The notes below the pieces were generated by a model. It did no database searches. It was not told the origin of the DNA and saw only the letters and a list, made by a program, of their open reading frames with translations. Of a stretch of DNA of 59,460 nucleotides, positions 11,605 to 20,361 are shown piece after piece. The DNA comes from Methanobacteriota archaeon (GTDB lineage: Archaea > Thermoplasmatota > Poseidoniia > Poseidoniales > Thalassarchaeaceae), in NCBI GenBank assembly GCA_019654055.1, contig BPDA01000005.1:1-59460 (forward strand), given 5' to 3'. The position numbers and the translations under genes were made by a program. The stretch's first letter is position 1; each line of letters begins with the position of its first letter.

Positions 11605-12611
11605 TGGCGGTGTTCGACGGCAAGGCACTGCGTGACGACATCGTCGAGACTATGCTCGGTGGCGAAACCGACCTCGAGACCAGTAGGTACCTAGACAGGC
11701 TCGTCGAGCTGGCCACCCTCGAGCAGGCCGAGCACCAGTTCCTTATCGACCCGTTCGACCGCTCGGTGGCTTTGGTACTGCAGCTCTTCCAGTCCAGCGA
11801 TCTAGACCCTTGGGATGTCGACCTCAGCTCCTTCCTCGTCATGTTCAATGAGAGGATAAAGGAGTCCGAGAACATCGACCTGCCGACCTGCGGCAGGCTG
11901 GTCAGGATGACCTGGTGCATCCTACGAGGCCAGGCATCCACCTTGCTAGAGAGGCAGGAGCGCGCCTTTGACTTCGAGGAGGAGGATGTGTGGGAATTCG
12001 ATGGCGGCTGGGAGTCCGAGTTCGACGATGCCGACTACAACTTCTCCGTGGGAGTCCTGACCGGTGCTGCCGACGAGGCCCTGCCGCAGATGTTCGAAGG
12101 CAGAATCCACCGCGACGAGAGTCGTCCAGTCACCCTCGGCGAGCTTCTGCTGGGGCTTCAGGACGCAGGTAGACTCGCAGCCGAGCAGCGGCTGCGCGAA
12201 GAGATAGCCAAGGAGCGCCGTGAAGCCAACGCCCGTGCTAGGGAGAGATTTAGCGGCAGCCTCCATGTGGAAGACCTCGAGGGAGATCTGCAGCGAACTT
12301 GGGAATCGCTCAAGGCCCGTTCGAAGGGAGCCGGAAAACCCATCGTTTTGCAGGATTTGGTGCACGACATCTCGTCGAAGTCAATGGAGTCCGGCATTGA
12401 CAAGGAGGAAGCAGAGGCCGAGGCGCAAGTCACGGCCTTGGTTTCCGCTCTGTTCCTGACAAACAGAGGCTACGTCGACCTGAAGCAGGAGAAGGGCCGC
12501 AATGGAAAGATTACTCTCAAGGACCTGTGGACCAAGGAGGATGACTTCTCGTTACTCTCCGAAAAGCTCCACCCCAAAACGATGACCATGGAGGCAGTCA
12601 AGGATGTCTGA
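11601..12611 (+). CDS. scpA: Segregation/condensation protein A (kleisin)
   Basis: LDPWDVDL, RPVTLGELL and C-terminal ALFLTNRGYVDLKQE. Lies between smc and scpB. Confidence 0.88.
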   Translation: MMAVFDGKALRDDIVETMLGGETDLETSRYLDRLVELATLEQAEHQFLIDPFDRSVALVLQLFQSSDLDPWDVDLSSFLVMFNERIKESENIDLPTCGRLVRMTWCILRGQASTLLERQERAFDFEEEDVWEFDGGWESEFDDADYNFSVGVLTGAADEALPQMFEGRIHRDESRPVTLGELLLGLQDAGRLAAEQRLREEIAKERREANARARERFSGSLHVEDLEGDLQRTWESLKARSKGAGKPIVLQDLVHDISSKSMESGIDKEEAEAEAQVTALVSALFLTNRGYVDLKQEKGRNGKITLKDLWTKEDDFSLLSEKLHPKTMTMEAVKDV

Positions 12612-13227
12612 CCCCCGCCTTTCCACGGTGCTTGAGGCGATACTCTTCGGGGCAGGCCGCTCTATGTCGGTCGAAGAGCTCTCCGAGCTCCTAGAGAGGC
12701 CACAGGGAGAGGTCCATTCGGCCCTGCGCGACCTCCAGGCCACCATCCGCCGGCGCCGTGATTCTGCCCTCCAACTCGCCGACGTCGCCGGCCGTTGGAT
12801 ATTCGAGGTTCGGCCCAGCCTATCTCCGCATCTGCCCGAGTCATTCCGAGCCGACATCCCGCAGAGGCTGCTGCCGGCTGCCGCGCTGATCGCATATCAC
12901 CAGCCTATGGCCCAGTCGCAATTGGTTGACATGCTCGGGCAGAGGGCTTACGACCACGTGCGGGACCTCGCCAAGATGGGACTGATTGATCGCAGGAGAG
13001 ACGGCCTGACCCGCCGGCTGACCACCACTCGGAGGTTCGCCGAGTACTTCGGATGCCCAGAAGTGGAGTACCGAAAAGTCAGGACTTGGTTCAGGGAGGA
13101 AGCCTCGAAGATGGGGCTCACGAGTGCCCAGTTGGCTGCTTCTCTAGCTCCGGAGGAGCAACTCACCATCAACGAGTTCTCCGATGACTCCGAAACATCC
13201 GAAGAGCCCTTGGAAGCCGAGGAGTAG
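12604..13227 (+). CDS. scpB: Segregation/condensation protein B
   Basis: LEAILFGAG, ALIAYHQP, TTRRFAEYFG. Confidence 0.93.
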   Translation: MSDPRLSTVLEAILFGAGRSMSVEELSELLERPQGEVHSALRDLQATIRRRRDSALQLADVAGRWIFEVRPSLSPHLPESFRADIPQRLLPAAALIAYHQPMAQSQLVDMLGQRAYDHVRDLAKMGLIDRRRDGLTRRLTTTRRFAEYFGCPEVEYRKVRTWFREEASKMGLTSAQLAASLAPEEQLTINEFSDDSETSEEPLEAEE

Positions 13228-13228
13228 G

Positions 13229-14524
13229 TTACTCCTCTCTCAGCCTCTCAAGCTCTTCTTCGACTGCTTTCTGGGTGATTCTGCCGCCCCCCTCTCTCAT
13301 ACGGGCTGCAACGATGTCCACCTCAGGTCCCTCAGCACCTGCGGTCACGGCCATGTTCCTGACGTGCAGTTTCATGTGGCCGGCTTGGATTCCCACTGTG
13401 GCCAGTGCCTTCAGAGCCCCTAGGTTCTGGGCCAGTCCAGCCGCTGCCATCACCTTGGCGAGGTCGTCGGCGGAAGTGATTCCGAGCAGGGCCACATTGG
13501 CTTGGGCCGCAGGGTGGACCCTCACAGCTCCTCCGACGAGGCCCACGGCCATCGGCAGTTCGATCGATCCCACCAGATTGCCACCATCATCCTTCTCCCA
13601 GTGAGTAAGCGAGCCATAGACCCTCTCGTGGGCAGCGTAGCTGTGGGCCCCCGACTCTACTGCTCGCCAGTCCTGTCCACATGCGATTGCTATGGGGGAG
13701 ATTGCATTCATGATTCCCTTGTTGTGAGTGGTTGCGCGGAACGGGTCGGCCTTGGCGAAGTGATAGGCCTGCAGCACCCCATCAATTACCTCGGAGCCTT
13801 GGGTAGCATCGCCCTTATCGGACATCTCCTCAGGAGTGAAAACCGCACTCACCCTAGCGAGCCTGTGCACAGCCAGATTGCTGATTATACGCAGTATCAC
13901 GGTCCCGCCGGTCAATCCTTCCACTTTCGGTGCGATTGTCTCGGCCATGGTGTTGACAGCGTTGGCGCCCATGGCGTCTCTGCAGTCTACGAGGATGTGT
14001 ACTATCACCATCGGGCCGGATTCGGTTTCGATGATTCTGGCATGGATGTCCCTGCAGCCACCGCCGAACTTGACAAGAATTGGGTCCACGGAGTTGCATG
14101 ATTCCATCAGTTCTGCACTATTCTGCAGAATTGACGCCCTAGCGGCTTCCGGGTCCTCACAACCCACCACCTGAATCTGCCCAATCATCACCGGATCGTC
14201 GTTGTCGGACATGAATCCTCCCTTGGAGTGGCACCGCTTCGCCATGTTGCTGGCCGCAGCAACCACGCTAGGCTCCTCGAGCACGAAGGGAATCAGGTAG
14301 TGCTCACCATCTATGATGAAGTTGGTAGCGACACCTATTGGAAGCGAGTAGGTCCCAATCACATTCTCTATCATCCGATCGGCCGAATCCTCCGAGAGTT
14401 CTCCCGAGGACGACCACGCCTCGACCTGTTCGGGGGTGAGTCCGGCTATGCCAGCCAGCATCTCCCTTCGCTCTGAAACCGAGAGCTTGTAGAATCCCTC
14501 TAGCCGGCTGCTGTCGACTGGCAT
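13229..14524 (-). CDS. hmgA: HMG-CoA reductase, class II (bacterial/degradative type)
   Basis: SSRLEGFYKLS, MIENVIG, EEPSVVAAAS, DAMGAN, ILRIISNL, THNKGIMN, GIQAGHMKLH. Confidence 0.95.
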   Translation of the reverse strand: MPVDSSRLEGFYKLSVSERREMLAGIAGLTPEQVEAWSSSGELSEDSADRMIENVIGTYSLPIGVATNFIIDGEHYLIPFVLEEPSVVAAASNMAKRCHSKGGFMSDNDDPVMIGQIQVVGCEDPEAARASILQNSAELMESCNSVDPILVKFGGGCRDIHARIIETESGPMVIVHILVDCRDAMGANAVNTMAETIAPKVEGLTGGTVILRIISNLAVHRLARVSAVFTPEEMSDKGDATQGSEVIDGVLQAYHFAKADPFRATTHNKGIMNAISPIAIACGQDWRAVESGAHSYAAHERVYGSLTHWEKDDGGNLVGSIELPMAVGLVGGAVRVHPAAQANVALLGITSADDLAKVMAAAGLAQNLGALKALATVGIQAGHMKLHVRNMAVTAGAEGPEVDIVAARMREGGGRITQKAVEEELERLREE

Positions 14525-14610
14525 CCGTATCGGTTGAAGCCCGGTGGAATTGGCTTCTAACTGTTTGCGAGTGGCTCCGATATTCTCCCGAATCCGGGCG
14601 AAGGTCATGC

Positions 14611-14800
14611 GGAGCGTGCAGGAAGAACGCGTTAATCCAGCCATTAACGGGTCATTAACGCATCAATAAAGCGTTAGTGAAGCGTTAACGCCTAGGAATC
14701 ACATTCGATTTACTGAGCGGAAGCACCCTGCCTAGTACGCTTCGGAAATTCGCCAGAACGCGTTAAATCGGCCTCTAGGAAGCGTGAGGATGCGTGAATA
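14611..14800. repeat. Cluster of short GCGTTAA/TTAACGC direct and inverted repeats in the hmgA / AAA+ divergent intergenic region
   Basis: AGAACGCGTTAA at 14624-14635 and 14755-14766. CATTAACG at 14642 and 14653. AAGCGTTA at 14669 and 14680. Palindrome GCGTTAACGC at 14682-14691. Weaker GCGTG variants flank the cluster. Confidence 0.75.
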
Positions 14801-14806
14801 TTAAGA

Positions 14807-16609
14807 ATGATAGAAATCGCTGCTCGGGCAATGATTGGAGAGGCAGTCTCGCTACTGGACCTACCTCCACTAAGGGGCAACCCATTCGATCACAGACCGA
14901 TTGAGTCCGCACGCGCTCAGGATTTGGTGGGACGCGATTCGCTGATGACCCGAATCAGGGAACACATCATCTCGGAATCTCCTAGGATGATCCTCTTGGT
15001 AGGAGAGGGAGGCAGCGGTAGGACCTCTCTAGTGAATGCACTCTCATCACAGGTCAACAAGAGGTTCGTCGGCAAGATATGGCCTCAGGACGAGCCAGTA
15101 ATCTCGATTATCAGCGAAATCGCAGTCGGGCTAACGGGGAGTTTCGACGTTCCAGCCTCGACCGAGCAGATGTGCGAGAGGCTGATTGACACCCTCGAAC
15201 AAGGCACCGGACCACTTCCCCTGATAGCCCTCGATTACCCAGATACAGTGCCGATGAACGACTTCTTGGCGCGAATGTCGCCTGTGTTGCAGAGTCTGAG
15301 GGCCTTGATCATCGTGACGCTGACACCCGGGCAACTCGCCTCACTCGATGAGGAGGTGCTTGAGGCGTTCGATCCCTCCGAGAACCTCGAGGGGCTATCA
15401 GAGAGTCAGATACAGCGACTAGTGGACAACCTCATGCGCAGGAAGGCGCGCGAGCGTTGGATAGTCAACTCCGATCTGCTGTCTGCCATCTATGACAACA
15501 CCGGGGGCAATCCCCGGGCGGTCGTTCGCACGTGCAGGGACCTAGTGGACGAGAGGAGGGGCGTCGGCTCGGAGGGGACCCTTGAGAGGCTGGTTGGGTG
15601 GCAGAGGATTGTTGAGGAGACGGACGACCCGCCCGAAGAGACCCCTGAGCCCAGAACCGAGCCGGAGCAGACCCCCGGGCCCGAGGCAGAGGATGACCAA
15701 GAGGACTGGGACACCGAGCCAGAGGACCTATGGGAGGACGAACCGGAGCCCGTGGAAGAGTCCGAGGAGTTTGATTGGGACGAGGAAATCCCGAATCCAG
15801 AGGAGATATGGGAAGACGAGTCCGAGCCGTCGGCCCCAGCCCCACAGCAAGGCCAAGAGACACTCGACTCCTTCGTCGTCGCGGAAGAAGCGACCGGGCC
15901 GGTGCCACAGCATCACCGTGCCGGAGGACTCAGTGGTCTGGCCGACAGGTCGCAGAGGGTCAGCGCGGCCCTGCCTAAGGGCCCCGATAAGACCCCAATC
16001 ACCGTGGCTGAGAACCGACCACAGCTCACGCCTGCGCCAATCAGGCCACCCCTCAGTCCAGACCCCGAGTCGGCCTTCGTCACCGAGGCCAAGCCAGACA
16101 CATCGGTCCCACCCACCGAGGACCAGCCTGTGATGGCCGCTGAGGGCGCACTCTGGACCGTGGATCCGAGCCTCGGCTCGACCCTCCCTAATCTCGATGA
16201 GGAGACTAAGGGCGCCCCGGAACCAGTCTTCGACATCGAGCATTCTCCCCCTCCTCCGGCCCCGGAGCCCGAGCCTGTGTTCGAGGAGCCGGAGCCCGAA
16301 CCCTCGCCCCCCCTCCCGCCCCGTATCCCAATTCCCCTAGGTCCCTCTTGGGACTCCGACGAGCCCCTAGACAGATCTAGGGCCGCAAACGTCTCTGAGA
16401 CCGAGCGAATAGTGCTGGCCGAGGCTAGGGAGCGCGAGGTATCGCCCTCCGACCCCGCCCTCCAGGCTGTCCTCGAGGTTGGCCGGACCAGGCTCTCCCA
16501 GATCTTCAACGGACTGCGCAAGGCTGGACTGCTCTCGGTCAGGAAGCAGGGCCGTACGAGGCTGTTCAAACTGAGCAGGGCAGCCTCGCTGGAACTCGAG
16601 ATGACCTAG
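14807..16609 (+). CDS. AAA+/STAND-like ATPase domain + acidic Pro-rich linker + C-terminal winged helix-turn-helix
   Basis: NPF...LVGRD, P-loop GEGGSGRT, LIALDYPD, TGGNPR, a long E/D/P-rich stretch, then RTRLSQIFNGLRKAGLLSVRKQGRTRLFKL (wHTH-like). Confidence 0.75.
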   Translation: MIEIAARAMIGEAVSLLDLPPLRGNPFDHRPIESARAQDLVGRDSLMTRIREHIISESPRMILLVGEGGSGRTSLVNALSSQVNKRFVGKIWPQDEPVISIISEIAVGLTGSFDVPASTEQMCERLIDTLEQGTGPLPLIALDYPDTVPMNDFLARMSPVLQSLRALIIVTLTPGQLASLDEEVLEAFDPSENLEGLSESQIQRLVDNLMRRKARERWIVNSDLLSAIYDNTGGNPRAVVRTCRDLVDERRGVGSEGTLERLVGWQRIVEETDDPPEETPEPRTEPEQTPGPEAEDDQEDWDTEPEDLWEDEPEPVEESEEFDWDEEIPNPEEIWEDESEPSAPAPQQGQETLDSFVVAEEATGPVPQHHRAGGLSGLADRSQRVSAALPKGPDKTPITVAENRPQLTPAPIRPPLSPDPESAFVTEAKPDTSVPPTEDQPVMAAEGALWTVDPSLGSTLPNLDEETKGAPEPVFDIEHSPPPPAPEPEPVFEEPEPEPSPPLPPRIPIPLGPSWDSDEPLDRSRAANVSETERIVLAEAREREVSPSDPALQAVLEVGRTRLSQIFNGLRKAGLLSVRKQGRTRLFKLSRAASLELEMT

Positions 16610-16617
16610 GTGCTGGA

Positions 16618-16908
16618 ATGTCGGGGTCGATAGTCACTAGGGACAGGGTCGAAGAGTACCTAGCTCTGACCTCGGAGGCTAGGTCGAAGGCGACCCCATG
16701 CGCCGAGGGCGATACCGACGAGGCCCGGTTGACTTCGATGCTCAGGATGTGTGATGATTACGCCTCTGATGCGAGGCACTTCATGGAGGAAGGGGATTTA
16801 GTCAGAGCCTTCGGAGCAATCAACTATTCACACGCCTGGTTGGACGCAGCGGTCCGAATCGGGCTACTAGACGGGCACGGCGACGACCGCCTGTTTACAC
16901 TGCCTTAG
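16618..16908 (+). CDS. DUF357 domain-containing protein
   Basis: YASDARHF..GDLVRAFGAINYSHAWLDA is characteristic of archaeal DUF357. Confidence 0.85.
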   Translation: MSGSIVTRDRVEEYLALTSEARSKATPCAEGDTDEARLTSMLRMCDDYASDARHFMEEGDLVRAFGAINYSHAWLDAAVRIGLLDGHGDDRLFTLP

Positions 16909-17273
16909 GTCTCCACCAGTCGTAGGAAGCGGCCGGAGGTGACCTCGATGTACGAGCCACCGGAGGATACCAAACTCTCCTTTAGAACCCGGTCCACCGT
17001 CAGCACAGGCCACCCCCTCGAACCAGACAACGCAATCAGCATCTCGTCCGGGTGGGACAAGCCATCTAGATCCGAAATCATCTCGCAACGACTCTCTAGC
17101 AGGCTGAGCAGGAACCCCTTCCTGCTCTGTGAAAGTTGCGACAGCTCGAGGTGGACGCATTCGAGCAGTTTCAGGTCCGCTTTCCCGACGACCCCACTCA
17201 TCGCATCATCGAGATTGAGCTCCGCATCCATCAACGCGACCCAACCGCAGGCGTCTACTAGGACGCCGACCAA
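16905..17273 (-). CDS. PIN domain protein (Fcf1/Utp24-like)
   Basis: VLVDAC, HPDEMLI, VLTVDRVLK. Lies in the usual archaeal position downstream of aIF2-gamma. Confidence 0.75.
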   Translation of the reverse strand: MVGVLVDACGWVALMDAELNLDDAMSGVVGKADLKLLECVHLELSQLSQSRKGFLLSLLESRCEMISDLDGLSHPDEMLIALSGSRGWPVLTVDRVLKESLVSSGGSYIEVTSGRFLRLVET

Positions 17274-17277
17274 CCTA

Positions 17278-18507
17278 TCACCCCGCTATCGAACCGTGGC
17301 CGATGAGTCGCCAGCGTGATCCGATTCGTCGTGACAGCGTGATTCGACTGCCCCGCTTGGCGCAGATCGGCAGCCTGAGTTGTAGCGTCGCCGACGCCCC
17401 CTTAATCGACGAGACGGTGCCCACGCTAGTGGCTGTGGCTGAGTTCACCATCAGCATCTCGTTGGGCTGCAGAGGGCGGATCTCCCCAGCATCGTCCTCG
17501 TCGGCCGAGACCATTTTCTCAAGCAGTTTGAGATCGAGGTCGAGAGACTCCCAGACCGGCGGCAACTCGCCCTCGCGAGCCATTACCTGCCCGGAGAGCT
17601 CGTCCGCCTTGGTAGAGACCGGGTCCATCGGAGTGGCTATCCCGCACAACCCACCGGCATACACCGTCTTCAGGCCGATTCCACCTCCCTTCACGCTCTC
17701 GATGGTCGTTCGAATGGGCTCCCATGTGGCCCTACCTCCCGACTGTACCCTACGGCCTGGTGCTATCAGTATCGAGTCTCCAACGCTGAAGGACCCCTCT
17801 ACGATACTCCCTCCGACGATGCCGCCCTGGAGCTTGTCCGGGCGAGAGCCCGGGCGATTTACGTCGAACGAGCGGGCCACGTACATCAGCCCCGGTTGAC
17901 TCGAAGACCTGTCAGGAGTGGGAATAATGTCCTCGATAGCCTGAATCAGGACATCGAGGTTGACATCGTGGTGCGCCGATACCGGGATTATGGGCGCGTC
18001 CTCAGCTATGGTCCCCGCAAGGAAGTCCCTAATCTCGGCGTGGGACTCGACAGCCCTCTCGCGACTGACTATGTCGATCTTGTTCTGCACTACGACGATA
18101 TTCTCGATTCCTGCTATCTGCAGTGCCGCCAGATGCTCCCTAGTCTGTGGTTGCGGACACTTCTCGGTGGCAGAGATGAGCAGCATTGCACCATCCATTA
18201 TCGATGCGCCCGATATCATCACCGCCATCAGGGTCTCGTGACCGGGAGCGTCTACGAAGGAGACCACTCGCAACAACTCCTGACCCGAGTCCTCCTTGCC
18301 GTCAGGGTGCTTACCCCTAGCGTAGTACCTGCCATCAGGAGTCTTGTAGAAGGCGGTGTCGGCGTAGCCCAGCTTGATACTGATGCCCCGCTTTCTCTCC
18401 TCTGAGTGGGTGTCCGTCCAGACCCCGGAGAGGGCCTGGGTCAGGGTGGTCTTTCCATGGTCCACGTGGCCGACCATGCCGATGTTGACTACGGGCTGTC
18501 CGGGCAA
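17278..18507 (-). CDS. eif2g: Translation initiation factor aIF2 subunit gamma
   Basis: NIGMVGHVDHGKTT, RGISIKLGY, FVDAPGHE, QPQTREH, QNKID, RWRLIG. Confidence 0.97.
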   Translation of the reverse strand: MPGQPVVNIGMVGHVDHGKTTLTQALSGVWTDTHSEERKRGISIKLGYADTAFYKTPDGRYYARGKHPDGKEDSGQELLRVVSFVDAPGHETLMAVMISGASIMDGAMLLISATEKCPQPQTREHLAALQIAGIENIVVVQNKIDIVSRERAVESHAEIRDFLAGTIAEDAPIIPVSAHHDVNLDVLIQAIEDIIPTPDRSSSQPGLMYVARSFDVNRPGSRPDKLQGGIVGGSIVEGSFSVGDSILIAPGRRVQSGGRATWEPIRTTIESVKGGGIGLKTVYAGGLCGIATPMDPVSTKADELSGQVMAREGELPPVWESLDLDLKLLEKMVSADEDDAGEIRPLQPNEMLMVNSATATSVGTVSSIKGASATLQLRLPICAKRGSRITLSRRIGSRWRLIGHGSIAG

Positions 18508-18538
18508 ACTCTCAGCCAGTTCAATCCCTCCCGCCGAT

Positions 18539-19036
18539 TCATTCCTCTTCTCCAGAGGGCTCCTCGACAGGTGCGGCCTCCTCGACGAGGCCGAAGATTG
18601 CGTCGAGGGAGCGATTGCCCGCCTCGGTGATTTTTAGGTTAATCTGGCGAGTGTCCTGGCTGATGACGTTACCCCGCAGCTTTCGACGCCTCCTTAGGCC
18701 GTCGTACTTGTAGCGGTACACCTTCCCCCTCTTCTTGACGTAGCGCTTGCCCTTGTAGCCTACGCCGGCGGTGATGAGTACCGGCTTGATTCCACCGCCG
18801 TCCAGTTCCGGCCTCATGGGACGTCCCGTGAGATCGGAGCCACCGGTGATTTGCAGCTTGTATCCGGACAGGCTCTTGTCCCCTTCGCCGACGAACATTC
18901 CGTCCACCGCGTCACCTATCCTCTTGCCGAGGAAGTGGTTGTAGTTCGAGCCCGTGACCTCGATTCCGAAGCCCCTTCCACCCGATGCGGGATTGGTGTC
19001 GTTGATTACCACCTTGAACGCCTGCTCCGCTGCCAT
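18539..19036 (-). CDS. rps6e: 30S ribosomal protein S6e
   Basis: GYKLQITGGSD.TGRPMR, GLRRRRKLRGNVIS, QINLKI. Confidence 0.95.
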   Translation of the reverse strand: MAAEQAFKVVINDTNPASGGRGFGIEVTGSNYNHFLGKRIGDAVDGMFVGEGDKSLSGYKLQITGGSDLTGRPMRPELDGGGIKPVLITAGVGYKGKRYVKKRGKVYRYKYDGLRRRRKLRGNVISQDTRQINLKITEAGNRSLDAIFGLVEEAAPVEEPSGEEE

Positions 19037-19088
19037 CTGGTCACCTCGGACGGCCTCCCGACTAAAGGCCCCTATAAGAGCGGTTCGG

Positions 19089-19105
19089 AAGCGCCGTAGG
19101 CGCTT
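19089..19105 (-). terminator. Hairpin just downstream of cdc6
   Basis: AAGCGCC-GTA-GGCGCTT, a 7-bp stem about 6 nt past the cdc6 stop codon. Confidence 0.3.
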
Positions 19106-19111
19106 GTCGAA

Positions 19112-20344
19112 TCACCCCAATTCCTTCTCGATGCGACTCTCCAGAGCCGCCGGCGAGGTATTGGTCATAGTGATGTGCTGGGTCCTCCCACGACCAACGG
19201 TCGCGTTCGCCGTGCGAGACTCGATTAGTCCGACCCTCTCCAGCTCTTTGAGGTGCTTCCAGAAGGTCGTGTAACTACGCGGACTAACGCCATGCTCCTC
19301 GCACACCAGGTTGTACAGCTTCTGGGTATCGCCGCTGGATATCTCGTCCACCTTCTTCAGGCGCCTACAGATGCCTAGTAGGACGAGCTTCTGGTGCTTG
19401 CCCAACCCATCGATCTGACTGGGCTCGATTGATGACGTCCTCAGGGTACTCGGACTCACGTCCTCGACCAGAACGTCTCCCCTACCGTCCTTCTCGGCAC
19501 GACGGATTGCAGCCTCCAGTAACTCGATGGCCAGACGCGCGTCACCGCTTTCGGCGGCGAACCTGCCAATCTTGGCGAGTACCTCCTCTCCGACCGAGCC
19601 CGGCCTGCAGGCCTCCTCGTAGCGTTGCTCGGCAATCCCGGTGAGCGCGCGCTCGTCGTACCCACTCAGTGACAGCATACTACTCTCGCCGAGGCGAGAT
19701 ATGATGGCCGGCTCGAATAGCCTAATCAGGGAGGCATCCTGGCTCACCAGAATCATCGACAGCGAACCCTGCTGCCCCTGCCCCTCGTCGATGCGCAGAA
19801 GCTTGTAGATCAGGTCTCCCTTGTCATTCCTGATTAGCACGTCGACCTCGTCCAGAACTAGGAGGAGGTGAGCCTGATGAGTCCTGAGGTTGCGACGAAT
19901 CGATTGGATAATCTCGCTCGAACTGAATCCCCTCTCAGGATGTCCAGAGTCGAGTGAGCGGGCGATCTCCTGCAAGACCTGCGAGGCGGTTGGGTGGTTG
20001 CGGCAGTTGACGTGGGCGAGGACTATCTTCCTGCGCCCGTCCAGCATCCTCTGCAGATCTTCGCCGAAGCGACGCGTCATCACCGTCTTGCCCGAGCCCA
20101 CCGGCCCGGTGATGACAGCCCTGCCACTGACTCCGTGACCCTCCATGCCGACGAACATCGAAGCAAGCTCGCCGAGTTCCACATCGCGGCCGACCAGAGT
20201 GGGCGGCGTCCAGTCGAACGAGAACGGCGCCCTGTCAAGCAGAACCTTGCCCGCCCCTATTCTGTCAAGGTAGTCAACCATCATGCGACTCGTGCTCACA
20301 TCGTTATTAGACATATTTGGAGCCACGGGCGCGCATGTGCACAT
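19112..20344 (-). CDS. cdc6: Cdc6/Orc1 replication initiator family protein (true start probably about 20314 or 20285)
   Basis: Walker A GPVGSGKT, HVNCR, LVLDEVD, GDARLAIELL and C-terminal wH with LKELERVGLI...GRGRT. Confidence 0.93.
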   Translation of the reverse strand: MCTCAPVAPNMSNNDVSTSRMMVDYLDRIGAGKVLLDRAPFSFDWTPPTLVGRDVELGELASMFVGMEGHGVSGRAVITGPVGSGKTVMTRRFGEDLQRMLDGRRKIVLAHVNCRNHPTASQVLQEIARSLDSGHPERGFSSSEIIQSIRRNLRTHQAHLLLVLDEVDVLIRNDKGDLIYKLLRIDEGQGQQGSLSMILVSQDASLIRLFEPAIISRLGESSMLSLSGYDERALTGIAEQRYEEACRPGSVGEEVLAKIGRFAAESGDARLAIELLEAAIRRAEKDGRGDVLVEDVSPSTLRTSSIEPSQIDGLGKHQKLVLLGICRRLKKVDEISSGDTQKLYNLVCEEHGVSPRSYTTFWKHLKELERVGLIESRTANATVGRGRTQHITMTNTSPAALESRIEKELG

Positions 20345-20361
20345 CTAGTGGCGCGCGCGAA

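Noticed and set aside
13229-14524. Bacterial-type class II HMG-CoA reductase as a novelty
   Set aside because: Already known in Thermoplasmata and Archaeoglobus.
14611-14800. Repeat cluster as a CRISPR array or canonical ORB/dif site
   Set aside because: Units are 7-12 bp, irregularly spaced and in mixed orientation. There are no cas genes, and I recognise no ORB G-string or dif consensus.
15600-16340. GAGCCC/CCGGAG-type repeats
   Set aside because: They encode the Pro-Glu low-complexity linker and are not an independent DNA element.
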